Source: an uncultured Acidobacteriota bacterium
Lineage (GTDB): Bacteria; Acidobacteriota; Polarisedimenticolia; J045
NCBI GenBank assembly: GCA_963702425.1
Contig: CAVPCQ010000023.1
Span: 17,035 to 81,034, forward strand
Length of the DNA: 64,000 nucleotides
Direction: 5' to 3'
Positions 30,381-41,276 of this stretch are shown one piece after another. How positions within the stretch are numbered: position 1 is the first letter of the stretch; every line of letters starts with the position of its first letter. The notes below the pieces were generated by a model. That model ran no database searches. It saw only the letters and a program-made list of their open reading frames with translations, and was not told the DNA's origin. The position numbers and the translations under genes were made by a program.

Positions 30381-31355
30381 TGTGCTTCGCCATGTCCCCG
30401 TCCGCCTTGCTCTTCAACGACTTGCGTTCCTGTGCAGGATATCCGAAGCGCCCGCGGACGAGCCCGCTTGCCCTCCGTCCCGACCGCAGTCGTCGTGCGT
30501 GGTTGCTCAACCGCGCTCTTGGCGTCGCCCGGGCTCTCCTCGCGATCTTCGCCTGCCGGGCCGATCTGATCCTGGAGAACCTCGCGCTCCGACAGCAGCT
30601 CGCTGTCCTCCGACGGAAGCACCCTCGACCTCGTCTCCGCGCGTCCGATCAATTCTTCTGGCTTTCCCTGCGCCGCTGCTGGCCGCGATCGTGGGGAGCG
30701 CCGCGCATCCACGGCGAGATCCAGAAGCTCGGCCTTGAGGTCTCCGAACGCACCGTCTCGCGCACCATGCCCCGGCGCCCGGCCCATCCCGACGAACGGC
30801 AACGATGGCGCACCTTGCTCGCCAACCACCGCGAGGTCATCGCCGCGATCCACCACTTGGGCAGCACACCAAAGCAGATCACGGCTCGCAGTCCCTGGCA
30901 GAACGGAGTCGCCGAGAGGTTCGTCAGCACCGCACGCCGCGAGCTCCTGGACCACGTCATCGTCCTCAACGAGAAACGTTGCAGCGCCTTCTGGCCGGCT
31001 TCGCCTCGTACTACCTCAACGACCGGACGCACTTGCCTTTGGAGAAGGACACGCCCGCAGTGCGAGTCGTGGAGCCGAAGCCGCATCCAGCCGCCAAGAT
31101 CATCGCTCTGCCTCGCCTCGGCGGGCTTCATCATCGCTACGCTTGGCGCCGCGCGGCCTGACGCTTCTGCTCGACCAGTCCCTCGCCGCGGTCTCGTCGT
31201 GGAGGGCGTGTGCCTTTGCGGGAAGCCGCCGCTGTCAACCAGTGAGCAGAACCATCGCCGACACATGCAAGGGCGGGCTCGACCGGCGGTCTTGCCTGCC
31301 GTTCCGAGCCGCGTGGGCCATCAGCAATGCGCGGACTCGATTGTGGCGAAGGACA
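30381..31355 (+). mobile_element. Internally deleted IS481-like element, copy A
   Basis: TGT...ACA imperfect TIRs (tgtgcttcgccat / gtggcgaaggaca); transposase remnants SPWQNGVAERFV and LGGLHHRY. Confidence 0.85.
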
Positions 31356-31425
31356 CCTGGCTACGCCGACCCGGATCGCTCCCAACTCAGCCGGGGCTTC
31401 CCCTCCCGGAGCCTTCGCGGTATTG

Positions 31426-33213
31426 ATGTCCCACCGCCGGAGGGACCGGTTGTTCTATCTCGAGGCGCGGACGGGGGGGAAGGTCGTTCGTTGGCCCTTA
31501 CGGGCCGGGCGACAGTTGTTTGGCCGAGAGGCCGGCTGCGACATCGTTCTCGACGACGCTACGCTCTCGCGACGGCACCTGAGTATCGACCTTCGCGGAA
31601 ACCTCGCCGTCGTCGAAGACCTCTCGAGCAAGAACGGCCTGTGGATGGACGGCGAGCGGGTCGATCGGCTCGAGGTGAGACCCGAGCAGTGGTTCGTCGC
31701 GGGCACCGTACTGTTCGCGGTCCGCCGGGGCGTCTCGCTGGTGTCCCTCGAGGGGTGGCCGGGACCCGTCGCCTCGGAACGAGCCGCGGCGCTCTCCCCG
31801 ACGGTCGAGCCCATGCCCCCAGCAGTCGCCTCCTCCGCGAGAGGTTGGTCGGCCGAGCTTGCGAGCGTTCTGGAGTCGACCGCCGGCGAAGAACCCGGCC
31901 GGACCCTCGTCAGACTGCTGGAATCGATCGCTCGCCGCGCAAATGCCTCCGGTGCCGCGCTCCTGGAGCAGATCGGCAGCGGATGGTCCCTCCTCGCGCT
32001 CGCGGGGTTGGCGCCGCCCGTCGAGATCGACGAGGCGCTGGCGCTCTCGCTGCCCGGGAGGGGCCCGCTGGAGTCGGCGGCCGCGCGGCTCTGGCCGATC
32101 CCGGACGGCCGGGGAGCCGGCTTGTGGCTCTGCCTGCACCCCGGACCACTGGACCGTTCGTTCGACGACGACCTCCGCCTCGGCGCCGTCTTGGCCGCAC
32201 AGCTCGCTCCGCGCTCGCTCCCGCACGACGGGAGAGCCGCGTCGCCGAGCCTTCCGAGTGCCGCGTTCGCGCCGCGCATGGCCGACCCGTCGCTGGTCGG
32301 CGTGTCGGGCGCCTTCCTGTCCCTCCTCGGAGAGGTCGACCGGCTTGCAGCCACGGCGCTACCCGTGCTGCTTCGCGGTGAGTCCGGCACCGGCAAGGAG
32401 CTTCTCGCCCGGCGCCTGCATCTTCGCTCGGCGCGCGCGCAGGGTCCGTTCGTGGCGATCAACTGTGCGGCGATCCCCAACGAGCTGATCGAGGCTGAGC
32501 TCTTCGGGATCGATAGGGGGGTGGCAACCGGCGTCACAGGTCGCGTAGGGCTCCTGGTGAGAGCGCACGGCGGCACCCTCTTCCTAGACGAAGTCGGCGA
32601 CCTGCCCCCCTCGCTGCAGCCGAAACTCCTCAGGGCACTGGAGAGCAACGAGGTCCTGCCCGTGGGCTCCCCTTCCCCGATTCCCGTCGAGGTGAGAATC
32701 GTCGCCGCAACGCACCAGGACCTCTCTTCGACCGGCTTCCGCAGGGACCTCCTATACCGGGTCGCCGGCGCGACCATCGAGGTGCCGCCGCTGCGCGCCC
32801 GGCCCGAGGACATCCTCCCTCTTGCGCGCGCCTTCGCCTGCGAGGCCGGCGTGTCGCAGGGGCGCACTACCCCAGGCTTCGATCTGGAGGCGGCTCGTCT
32901 GCTCCTCGGATATCACTGGCCAGGAAACGTCAGGGAGTTGAAGCACGCGATCACACGCGCCGTCGCCCTCTCGGACGGCCCCGTAATGGGAAGCGAAGTG
33001 CTCCCGCGCGAACTCGCGGAGTCCGCACGGCCGGAGCGTGGCGACTACGTCTTGGGCCTGCGTGGGGAGTACCGCGAGGCGCGCGAGCGGTTCGAGCACC
33101 TCTACTTTCGAGAGCTCCTCGAGCGGTGCAGCGGGGCCAAGCCGGAAGCCTGCCGGCGCTCGGGCCTCAGCCGTAGCGCCTTCTACGCGAAGCTGACTGA
33201 GCTCGGGCTCTGA
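31426..33213 (+). CDS. FHA-domain sigma54-dependent transcriptional activator
   Basis: FHA motifs FGR, LSRRH, DLSSKNG; GESGTGKE, GGTLFLDEVG, WPGNVREL; C-terminal HTH; GVATGV in place of GAFTGA. Confidence 0.88.
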   Translation: MSHRRRDRLFYLEARTGGKVVRWPLRAGRQLFGREAGCDIVLDDATLSRRHLSIDLRGNLAVVEDLSSKNGLWMDGERVDRLEVRPEQWFVAGTVLFAVRRGVSLVSLEGWPGPVASERAAALSPTVEPMPPAVASSARGWSAELASVLESTAGEEPGRTLVRLLESIARRANASGAALLEQIGSGWSLLALAGLAPPVEIDEALALSLPGRGPLESAAARLWPIPDGRGAGLWLCLHPGPLDRSFDDDLRLGAVLAAQLAPRSLPHDGRAASPSLPSAAFAPRMADPSLVGVSGAFLSLLGEVDRLAATALPVLLRGESGTGKELLARRLHLRSARAQGPFVAINCAAIPNELIEAELFGIDRGVATGVTGRVGLLVRAHGGTLFLDEVGDLPPSLQPKLLRALESNEVLPVGSPSPIPVEVRIVAATHQDLSSTGFRRDLLYRVAGATIEVPPLRARPEDILPLARAFACEAGVSQGRTTPGFDLEAARLLLGYHWPGNVRELKHAITRAVALSDGPVMGSEVLPRELAESARPERGDYVLGLRGEYREARERFEHLYFRELLERCSGAKPEACRRSGLSRSAFYAKLTELGL

Positions 33214-35978
33214 TGAGCGACGACCTCGCGGAGAATCCGGGGCGCCCCGATCCGACCCTCACGGCTCCGGAGGGAGCGCGGCAGCTCGTGACGCGTTTCG
33301 GCCTCCTGACGCGGGGCGCGGTGTTCTCCGGCCGCTATCTCATCGAAGCAAGGATCGGCACGGGCGGTTCGGGCGAGGTGTACCGCGCCCTCGACCGGGT
33401 CGCGAACATCCCAGTCGCGCTGAAGGTTCTGTTTCCTCGCAGCGACGGGGGCTCGGCGGCGCTGGGCCGGTTGCGGCGCGAACTGCAGATACTGCGCGGG
33501 ATCCACGGTCCTGGAATCGTTGAGATCCACGACATCGGTGAGCACGAAGGCCTGCTGTACCTGGTCATGGAGCTTCTCGCGGGACAGAGCCTCCGCGAGC
33601 GGCTCTCCAGCGGCAGCCCGCTCACTCCCGACGATGCGGCCCGGATCCTCCGGGGAATTCTCGAGGCGCTCACCCTGCTCCATGCCGCGGGTGCGGTCCA
33701 TCGCGACGTTAAGCCGGCCAACGTCGTTCTGGCTCGCCGGCGCGGGACCGATGCGGAGCAGGTCGTCCTGCTCGACTTCGGCCTGGCACGGTGCGTGTCC
33801 GACGCCTCGCTCACGGTCACGGGCGAGTTCCTCGGCACCCCCGAGTACGTGTCTCCCGAGCAGGCGCGGGGAGAGCGGCAGGTCGGCTCGGGCTCCGACA
33901 TCTACAGCGCCGGCATCGTTCTGTGGGAAATGCTGAGCGGTGCGCCACCCTTCGTGGGTGATTCTGCGATCGAAGTGCTTAACGGCCACTGCTCGAGAAG
34001 CGTCGTCTGGTCGCGGCACGAGATTCGAAGGCTGCCGGCGCATCTGCGGAAGCTCGCGGTCTGGATGCTCGACAAGTCGCCCGGTGCCCGCCCGGATGCC
34101 GAGGCGGCGCTTCGGACGCTGGCCGAGCGGCGAGTCCCCGCGAGGCCGAAGTGGCGCGCCCGCGTGTCCGCCGCTCGCCGCCATGGGCTCGCCGGGATTG
34201 TGGTACTCCTCGTGGCCCTCGTCTTCGCCGGATACCTCCTTGTCCCCGTTCGCGTGCAGGCGGTGCAGGATCGGATCGTTGCCGCAAGCGCTGCTGGCAT
34301 CGAGGTGCGGACGATTCCGATCGAAGGTGCAGGATCCGCCGGCATCGAGCTTCTGGGACCGGAGGGGACCTGGAACCGGGAGCATCTCGTTCTCCTGCGG
34401 CCGACGAGCGGCGTCTCGCTGCCTGCGGAGTACCCCCACGGGCTGGCGCGGGTGGATCCGTTGACCGGTCGGACTGCCCCGTTCTGGACTTCCGCGCTCC
34501 TTCGCGGTCGCACGGGGTTCCCGCTTTGCTTCCCGCGAATCGACGCGTCCTACTCTGGTCATCAACTGCACGCATTTCGCGTCCGCGAACGGAGCGACCG
34601 GGTCTTTGTGGCAACCTACCATCACGCGGACCAGTTCCCGGCCCTGTTTGCCGTCTTCTCGCAGAAACAGCCGGGTGTTCTACAGCCGCATCCGGGATGG
34701 ATCTGGGACGTTGCGGCCGTCGACCGGGAGCCCTCGGAGGGCGGCGCTCTGCTCGTCTTCCTCGCGACAAGCCACCATGCCGGCATGCGAGCGGTGGTCT
34801 TCGCGGTGCCCCTCGAGCAGAGTCTCTCCGGATCCATCATCGCGATCCCGCCATTCGAACTGGATCTGGGAGAGACCGAGCGAGCCACCTTCTACACCTT
34901 CCTGTCGACCGGCTACCGCGGAGGCAGGCTCGAAGTCGATCGCGATCGCGTGGATGTCGTGCTCGGCGCCGGTCGCCGGATCCCCATCGATATCCGCACC
35001 GGTGCACCGAAGTCCGCGGCCGACCGTGGTGGACTGAGCACTGGCGAGTGGAGCGACGGGCAGCAGGAACTCACCGAGCGGTTGATGAGGAGTGGCAAGC
35101 TCGCCCGGAATGGTACCCGGGAGTCTTCGATTCAAGCGGCGCAACTCCTCGAGGAGTTCGCCGAGTCCCGGCCGCTCTCGGCGGCACAGCAGGGTGTCGC
35201 GTTCGCCCGCGCTGCTGAGTTGCGTCGTCGCGCGGGCCAGATCGACGTCGCACTCAAACTCGTGCGCCGCGCGCTCGAGGCTGAGGGCGACGTGCCGGGT
35301 CACTATCGTCTCCTCATCGACCTCGAGACGCGGCGCGGCCGATGGCTCGAAACGCTTCAGGAGCTCGACGAGGCGAAGGGAGTGGCAGCGGAAACCAACG
35401 AGGTGGTGCGCGACCTGATCGTCGCCGGACTCGTGAGCGGTCACCCGGAGGACGTGAGGAAGCGGCTGAATTCGGCGACGCCGGACGCGGTGAACGCTCT
35501 TTACGGTGCGACAGAGCACGCGTTCCTGGCCCTCCACGACGGAGAAGGCGCCCGAGCTGCGAAGATGCTGGATGGCGCGCCTTACGCTCAGCATCATCAG
35601 GAGTACCCGTTCCTGCGCGCGCTGGCCCTGGCGATCGGGCCCCAACCGGGTGCGTCCGCCGAGCGCCAGCTCGAGATGGCCGAGGGGGTGCTCGGCGCCG
35701 GGCAGCGGCTTCCGGTGAGGTGTGTCCGTGCGTATCTCGACGTGCTGCAGGGGCGTGCGCCACGCGACCTCGAGGCGGTCGAGTTGGAGCTTCGAGAGCA
35801 GCACCTGGCGGGCCGCGAAAACGTGATCGATCTCTATTTCGCATACTGGGCCGAGGCCTTCGCGGCGCGGGCCTTCGCCGCGGCCGGCGATCAAGAGCGG
35901 GCCGCTCGCCACGCCGCCCTCGCGCGTTCCGCTCCGGGAGAGCCGGGGTATCTCCGCCGCATCCTCGAGGATCCCTGA
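33213..35978 (+). CDS. Membrane Ser/Thr protein kinase with extracytoplasmic and TPR-like region
   Basis: GTGGSGEVY, ALK, HRDVKPAN, DFG, GTPEYVSPE; one TM; start overlaps the activator stop. Confidence 0.9.
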   Translation: MSDDLAENPGRPDPTLTAPEGARQLVTRFGLLTRGAVFSGRYLIEARIGTGGSGEVYRALDRVANIPVALKVLFPRSDGGSAALGRLRRELQILRGIHGPGIVEIHDIGEHEGLLYLVMELLAGQSLRERLSSGSPLTPDDAARILRGILEALTLLHAAGAVHRDVKPANVVLARRRGTDAEQVVLLDFGLARCVSDASLTVTGEFLGTPEYVSPEQARGERQVGSGSDIYSAGIVLWEMLSGAPPFVGDSAIEVLNGHCSRSVVWSRHEIRRLPAHLRKLAVWMLDKSPGARPDAEAALRTLAERRVPARPKWRARVSAARRHGLAGIVVLLVALVFAGYLLVPVRVQAVQDRIVAASAAGIEVRTIPIEGAGSAGIELLGPEGTWNREHLVLLRPTSGVSLPAEYPHGLARVDPLTGRTAPFWTSALLRGRTGFPLCFPRIDASYSGHQLHAFRVRERSDRVFVATYHHADQFPALFAVFSQKQPGVLQPHPGWIWDVAAVDREPSEGGALLVFLATSHHAGMRAVVFAVPLEQSLSGSIIAIPPFELDLGETERATFYTFLSTGYRGGRLEVDRDRVDVVLGAGRRIPIDIRTGAPKSAADRGGLSTGEWSDGQQELTERLMRSGKLARNGTRESSIQAAQLLEEFAESRPLSAAQQGVAFARAAELRRRAGQIDVALKLVRRALEAEGDVPGHYRLLIDLETRRGRWLETLQELDEAKGVAAETNEVVRDLIVAGLVSGHPEDVRKRLNSATPDAVNALYGATEHAFLALHDGEGARAAKMLDGAPYAQHHQEYPFLRALALAIGPQPGASAERQLEMAEGVLGAGQRLPVRCVRAYLDVLQGRAPRDLEAVELELREQHLAGRENVIDLYFAYWAEAFAARAFAAAGDQERAARHAALARSAPGEPGYLRRILEDP

Positions 35979-36191
35979 GCCGAACTCCGCCCGATCGAGC
36001 CCGCCGGGCAGGGCGGAGCGGCGTGGGAGAGCCCGGCCCACCTGGAGTCCTGTCCGCCGGATCGACTCTGCCCTCCGTGCCGCGAGTTGTCCGTTTCCAC
36101 GGAGCGACGCACGGGTGACCTCCCCGATCGGCCCGGGCCATCTCCTGCGCTCCCCGTCACTTCGCGGTCACCCGGGCGACCGGCTGCCGCC

Positions 36192-36207
36192 GGGCAGGCA
36201 TCTTGCT
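36192..36207 (+). promoter_or_regulatory. Putative sigma54 (-24/-12) promoter
   Basis: GGGCAGGCATCTTGCT fits GG-N10-GC with GGCA and TTGCT, ~80 nt upstream of ATG 36290. Confidence 0.55.
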
Positions 36208-36289
36208 TTACGGCAGTGCGGCCGAGGACCTCGCCGCCCGCTTGGCGGGCACTCCGGGCGGACGAAGGTGCGGACCGCGGAGGGGACTC

Positions 36290-39200
36290 ATGAGACGCGT
36301 TCTGATCTGCATCGGGGTGGTTGCCGCATCCGTCCTTGTCTCCCTCGCGGAAAACGGGCCAAGGCGCTCGCCGGACGGCGGCACGCCGCCGGGGAGCGGA
36401 GGCGCTGGCTCGCCGCCACCGCTCGAGCCCCGCTCCACGAAGCCGCTCGTGATCTCACCGGAACGCAAGATGCACCCGGAGTGGTCTCCCGATGGCTTGA
36501 AGATCGCGTATCAGCGCCTCAACGGGGGGGGCTCGACGAGATCTGGTCGTTCCCATTCACCGACCCGGGTTCGGATGCGCCCCTGATCGCGCTCGGCGGC
36601 GACGAAGAGTACCCGCGCTGGAATCCCGCCCTTCCAGAGATCGCATTCAGTTCGGGGGTTCCCAACGGGGCGTTCTTCAGGAAGAACCTCTCGACGGGCG
36701 CGCTCCTCGGCCCCTTCCCGAACGACTTCAGCACCTACACCCTCTACTACCGCGGCAGCTTCAGCCCCGACGGGTCGCGGATGGTCGCCGACGGCATCGT
36801 GCCCGACGGCCAAGCCGACCTGATCGTGATGGATGCCGACGGCTCGAACGTCCAGGCGCTGCTCTCTCGGATCGGCAACGTCAACATCTGGGTCTCGCAC
36901 CCGGTGTTCAGCCCCGACGGCTCAAGGATCCTCTTCGAGGCCAACCTCGACGGCTGGTGGGATCTCTACGAGATGAACGCCGACGGCTCGAGCCGGCGCC
37001 GGCTGACCCAGACTCCGGAGATCGAGGGGATGGCGCGCTACAGCCCCGACGGCAGCCGGATCGCCTTCGCGGCCAATCCGGGCGGCACCTTCGACCTCTA
37101 CGTGACGGACCGCGACGGCTCAGATCGAAAGCGCCTCACCGATGATTCGGCCGATGACCTCATGCCCACCTGGCATCCTGACGGGCGGAAGATCGTCTTC
37201 TCGTCGAACCGTGCCGGCCAGTACGACCTCTACCTCCTCGACATCGTGTACGACGCCGATGGCGACGGCTACTTCGACGACGTCGACTGCGATGACAGCG
37301 ACGCCAGCGTTCATCCGGACGCGCTCGAGGTGTGCAACGAGCGCGATGACGACTGCGACGGCTCGACCGACGAAGACGTCACGGAGACCTTCTTCCGCGA
37401 CGCGGATGGCGACGGGTACGGGGACTCGACTGCGACCGCCGAGGGCTGCAATCCTCCTCCCGGCTACGTGCCCGACCCGACCGACTGCGACGACTCCACG
37501 GTGGCGGTTCATCCCGGGGTCGTCGAGCTGTGCGCGAATGGACTCGATGACGACTGCGACGGCGCGGTGGATCGGCACGATCCCGACTGCCCTTCCGTGG
37601 TGGCTCCTCGCTCGACGGACGCGCTCATGGTCTCGCCGGTCCGCAAGGTGCACCCCGAGTGGTCCCCCGACGGTACGGAGATCGTGTACCAGCGACTAAA
37701 CATGTGGGGTCTCGACGAGATCTGGTCGTTCCCGTTCGATGATCCGGGCGCGGATGCGCCCCTGATCGTTCTCGGCGGCGACGAAGAGTACCCGCGCTGG
37801 AACCCTGTCCTGCGGGAGATCGCCTTCAGCTCGGGTATTCCCAACGGGGCGTTCTTCAGAAAGAACCTCTCGACGGGCGCGCTCCTCGGCCCCTTCCCGA
37901 ACGACTTCAGCACCTACACCTTCTACTACCGCGGCAGCTTCAGCCCCGACGGGTCCCGAATGGTCGCCGACGGCATCGTGCTCGACGGCCAAGCCGACCT
38001 GATCGTGATGGATGCCGACGGCTCGAACGTCCAGGCGCTGCTCTCTCGGATCGGCAACGTCAATACCTGGGTCTCGCACCCGGTGTTCAGCCCCGACGGC
38101 TCAAGGATCCTCTTCGAGGCCAACCTCGACGGCTGGTGGGATCTCTACGAGATGAACGCCGACGGCTCGAACCGGCGCCGGCTGACCCAGACTCCGGAGA
38201 TCGAGGGGATGGCGCGCTACAGCCCCGACGGCAGCCGGATCGCCTTCGCGGCCAATCCGGGCGGCACCTTCGATCTCTATGTGATGAACCGCAATGGGAC
38301 GGACCTGACACGCCTTACCGACGACCCGGCCGACGACCTCATGCCCGCATGGCATCCTGGTGGCCGAAAGATCGCTTTCTCGTCGAAGCGTGCCGGCGAG
38401 TACGACCTCTATGTCCTCAACCTCGCCTACGACGCCGATGGCGACGGCTACTTCGACGACGTCGACTGCGATGACCTCTACGCGCCGACTCACCCCGGAG
38501 CGCCCGAGACCAACGACGGCCGGGACAACCAGTGCCCCGGCGATCCGGGGTACGGCTCCTCCGACGAGATCTCCGCTCCCGCCGACTTCCCGGAAGCGGA
38601 ACAAGGATCCGCGTTCTGCTGGGCCGCGCAACCCGGAGCCACCCTCTACGAGGTCCGACGCTCGTCCTCACCTCGCTTCGACGGCGAGTGCCTGGGGATC
38701 ACGACGACCGCTCTCTGCTGGGACAGCCCGGAAGAGCCGTTGCCCGGCGACGCGTATTTCTTCGTCGTCCGTCCGGTCGCCCCGTGGGTCGGCAGTTGGG
38801 GACGGACCTCGGCAGGCGCCGAGCGGACCAACGTTTGCCCGGGACTCGATGGCGTCTCCGGTGTCGCGGACGAGTTCTCGAACGGCCTCGATCAGTGGGA
38901 GGTAATGAGCGGGACGTGGTCCCTCGAGGATGGCAGGCTGCTTGGGCTCTACGACATTGCCTGCGGGAGTGTCGATTGCGAGCACGGCGACATCCTGCTC
39001 GCATCCCCGCTCGACCCGACCACGGAGAACTGGCGCATGGAGGTCGACTTCACCTTCGCGTACGCGCCGGGCTACGACTTTGGGCAGTCGCTCGCGACGT
39101 TCTCCCTCTGGTGGACGGGCGATCAGAAGGAGTCGTTTTCGATCGGATGGGACGACTGGGGCTGGACCGGGGAGCCGACGGAACGCGCGTACTCGCTGCA

Positions 39201-40176
39201 CGACTGGTATGCGCCCTGGACCCACGCCGATGCCGCCTTCACGACGGACCTTCCGACCTGGCATCCCCGGGCCACGAATCACGCGGCGCTGGTGAAGACC
39301 GGGAAGCGCCTCTCTTTCTACCTCAACGGTACGCTGAGCCATGTGAGCGAGGGAACGCACTACCGGGGCCAGCCACGGCTCGGGCTGCACGTCTACGGCA
39401 TCCGACTTCTCGACAACTTCCGGCTGACTGAACTGCCCCCCAGCGCATCGGTCGTCCTGCTCACCCGTCCCGGCGACCCGACGGGTGACTATTTCCGTCA
39501 GGTCATCGCTTCGAGCGGACGCCCATTCGAGGAACTCACAGCGGAGGAGGCAGCCGTCGCCGATCTCTCGAGCCGGATGATCATTGCGGCCTTCTCCTCC
39601 GAACCGACGGAGTACTACCCGGCGACCGCGAACATCGCTCGGGCGGTCTCCCGGGGCGCGTGGATCGTCGCCGAGTCGTGGGGCGCCTACCTGCTGTCAA
39701 ACGCCGGGGTCGGTGAGAGTTGGATCCAGGGTTGGACTCCGGCCGTCGGTGACGCGAGCTACTTCGTCGCACCGATCGACGACAGCCCCCTGTTTGCCGG
39801 CCTCTCCCGGTGGGATCCGCCAGAAGCACCGGATGATCCCACCCAGCTCATGACCCAGGTGGATCAGCCAGGCGTGAGCCTCGACGCCGTCAAGTACATC
39901 CCGCCCGCACCGGGCGCCACAAGCCTCACCACCTGGGCGTTGACGACGACTTACGGCTGGTTCGGCCAGGGCGTCGACTCCGAGTACTGCGGAGCGTGGG
40001 GATCCTGCACTCCCGAGCGGTCTGTCGACCGTGCCGTGATCACCATGGCCAGGTACGGTAACGGTCGGATTCTGCGTGGCATCGACGTCGCGCACGTGCC
40101 AGGCTCCTTTACGTGGGGACCGATCCAGCAGGCGATACACCGCAACGCGATCGAGTGGTTCTTCCGCACGCACTAA
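36290..40176 (+). CDS. Secreted TolB-like (PD40) double beta-propeller protein with MopE-related metal-binding repeats (frameshift in G8 at 36524-36531)
   Basis: Signal peptide; repeated FSPDGSRI; DADGDGY..DCDD motifs; LamG-like and GATase-like tail. Confidence 0.82.
36450..38476 (+). repeat. Intragenic duplication of ~850 bp at offset 1179
   Basis: 36450-37297 nearly identical to 37629-38476. Confidence 0.9.
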
Positions 40177-40185
40177 CGCGAAACC

Positions 40186-40219
40186 CCGGGGGCGTGGCCG
40201 CATGCGGCCACGCCCCCGG
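40186..40219. terminator. Perfect palindrome downstream of the TolB-like gene
   Basis: ccgggggcgtggccgca|tgcggccacgcccccgg; no U-tract. Confidence 0.5.
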
Positions 40220-40300
40220 CATCCCGGGTTGCGGAGCACCCGGACTGCGCCGCCGCGAGAGAACCCGCGCGATGCCCTGTCCCGCCGATCCCCGCGTAGC

Positions 40301-41276
40301 TGTCCCTCGCCATATCCCCGTCCGCCATGCCCTTCAACGAGTTGCGTTCCTATGCAGGATACCCGAATCGCCCGCGGACGAGCCCGGTTGCCCTCCGTTC
40401 CGACCGCAGTCGTCGTGCGTGGTTGCTCAACCGCGCTTCTGCCGTCGCCCGGGCTCTGCTCGCGATCTTCGCCAGCCGGGCCGACCTGATCCTGGAGAAC
40501 CTCGCGCTCCGACAGCAGCTCGCTGTCCTCCGACAGAAGCACCCTCGACCTCGTCTCCGCGCGTCCGATCGATTCTTCTGGCTTACCCTGCGCCGCTGCT
40601 GGCCGCGATCGTGGGGTGCGCCGCGCAGCCATGGCGAGATCCAGAAGCTCGGCCTGGAGGTCTCCGAGCGCACCGTCTCGCGCACCATGCGCCGGCGCCC
40701 GACCCATCTCGACGAACGGCAAAGATGGCGCACCTTGCTCGCCAACCACCGCGAGTTCATCGCCGCGATCCACCACTTGGGCATCGAACCAAAGCAGATC
40801 ACGGCTCGCAGTCCCTGGCAGAATGGAGTCGCCGAGAGGTTCGTCAGCACCGCACGCCGCGAGCTCCTCGACCACGTCATCGTCCTCAACGAGAAACACT
40901 GGCAGCGCCTTCTGGCCGGCTTCGCCTCGTACTACCTCAACGATCGGACGCACTTGTCCCTGGAGAAGGAGACGCCCGCGGTGCGAGTCGTGGAGCCGAA
41001 GCCGCATCCAGCCGCCGGGGTCATCGCTCTGCCTCGCCTCGGAGGGCTTCATCATCGCTACGCTTGGTGTCGCGCGGCCTGACGATTCCGCTCGACAAGT
41101 CCATCGCCGCGGACTCGTCGTGGGGGGCGTGTGCCTTCGCGGGAAGGTGCCGCTGTCAACCAGTGAGCAGAACCATCGCCGACACATGCAAGGGCGGGTT
41201 CGAGCGGCGGGTTTGCCTGCCGTTCCGATCCGCGTGGGCCGTCAGCAATGCGCGGACTCGATATTGGCGAACAACA
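40301..41276 (+). mobile_element. Internally deleted IS481-like element, copy B
   Basis: TIRs tgtccctcgccatat / atattggcgaacaaca; same deletions as copy A; open shortened ORF ending at 41082. Confidence 0.85.

Noticed and set aside
864-36531. Frameshifts (~864, 2778, 3900, 29545, 29815, 36524) as programmed recoding or phase variation
   Set aside because: Scattered single-base indels, including in housekeeping-type genes, are best explained by sequencing error; the G8 at 36524 cannot be called a phase-variable tract without reads
36450-38476. Near-identical repeat pair as DGR template/variable repeat
   Set aside because: Too long, both copies are in-frame coding, differences are not confined to adenines, and no reverse transcriptase is present
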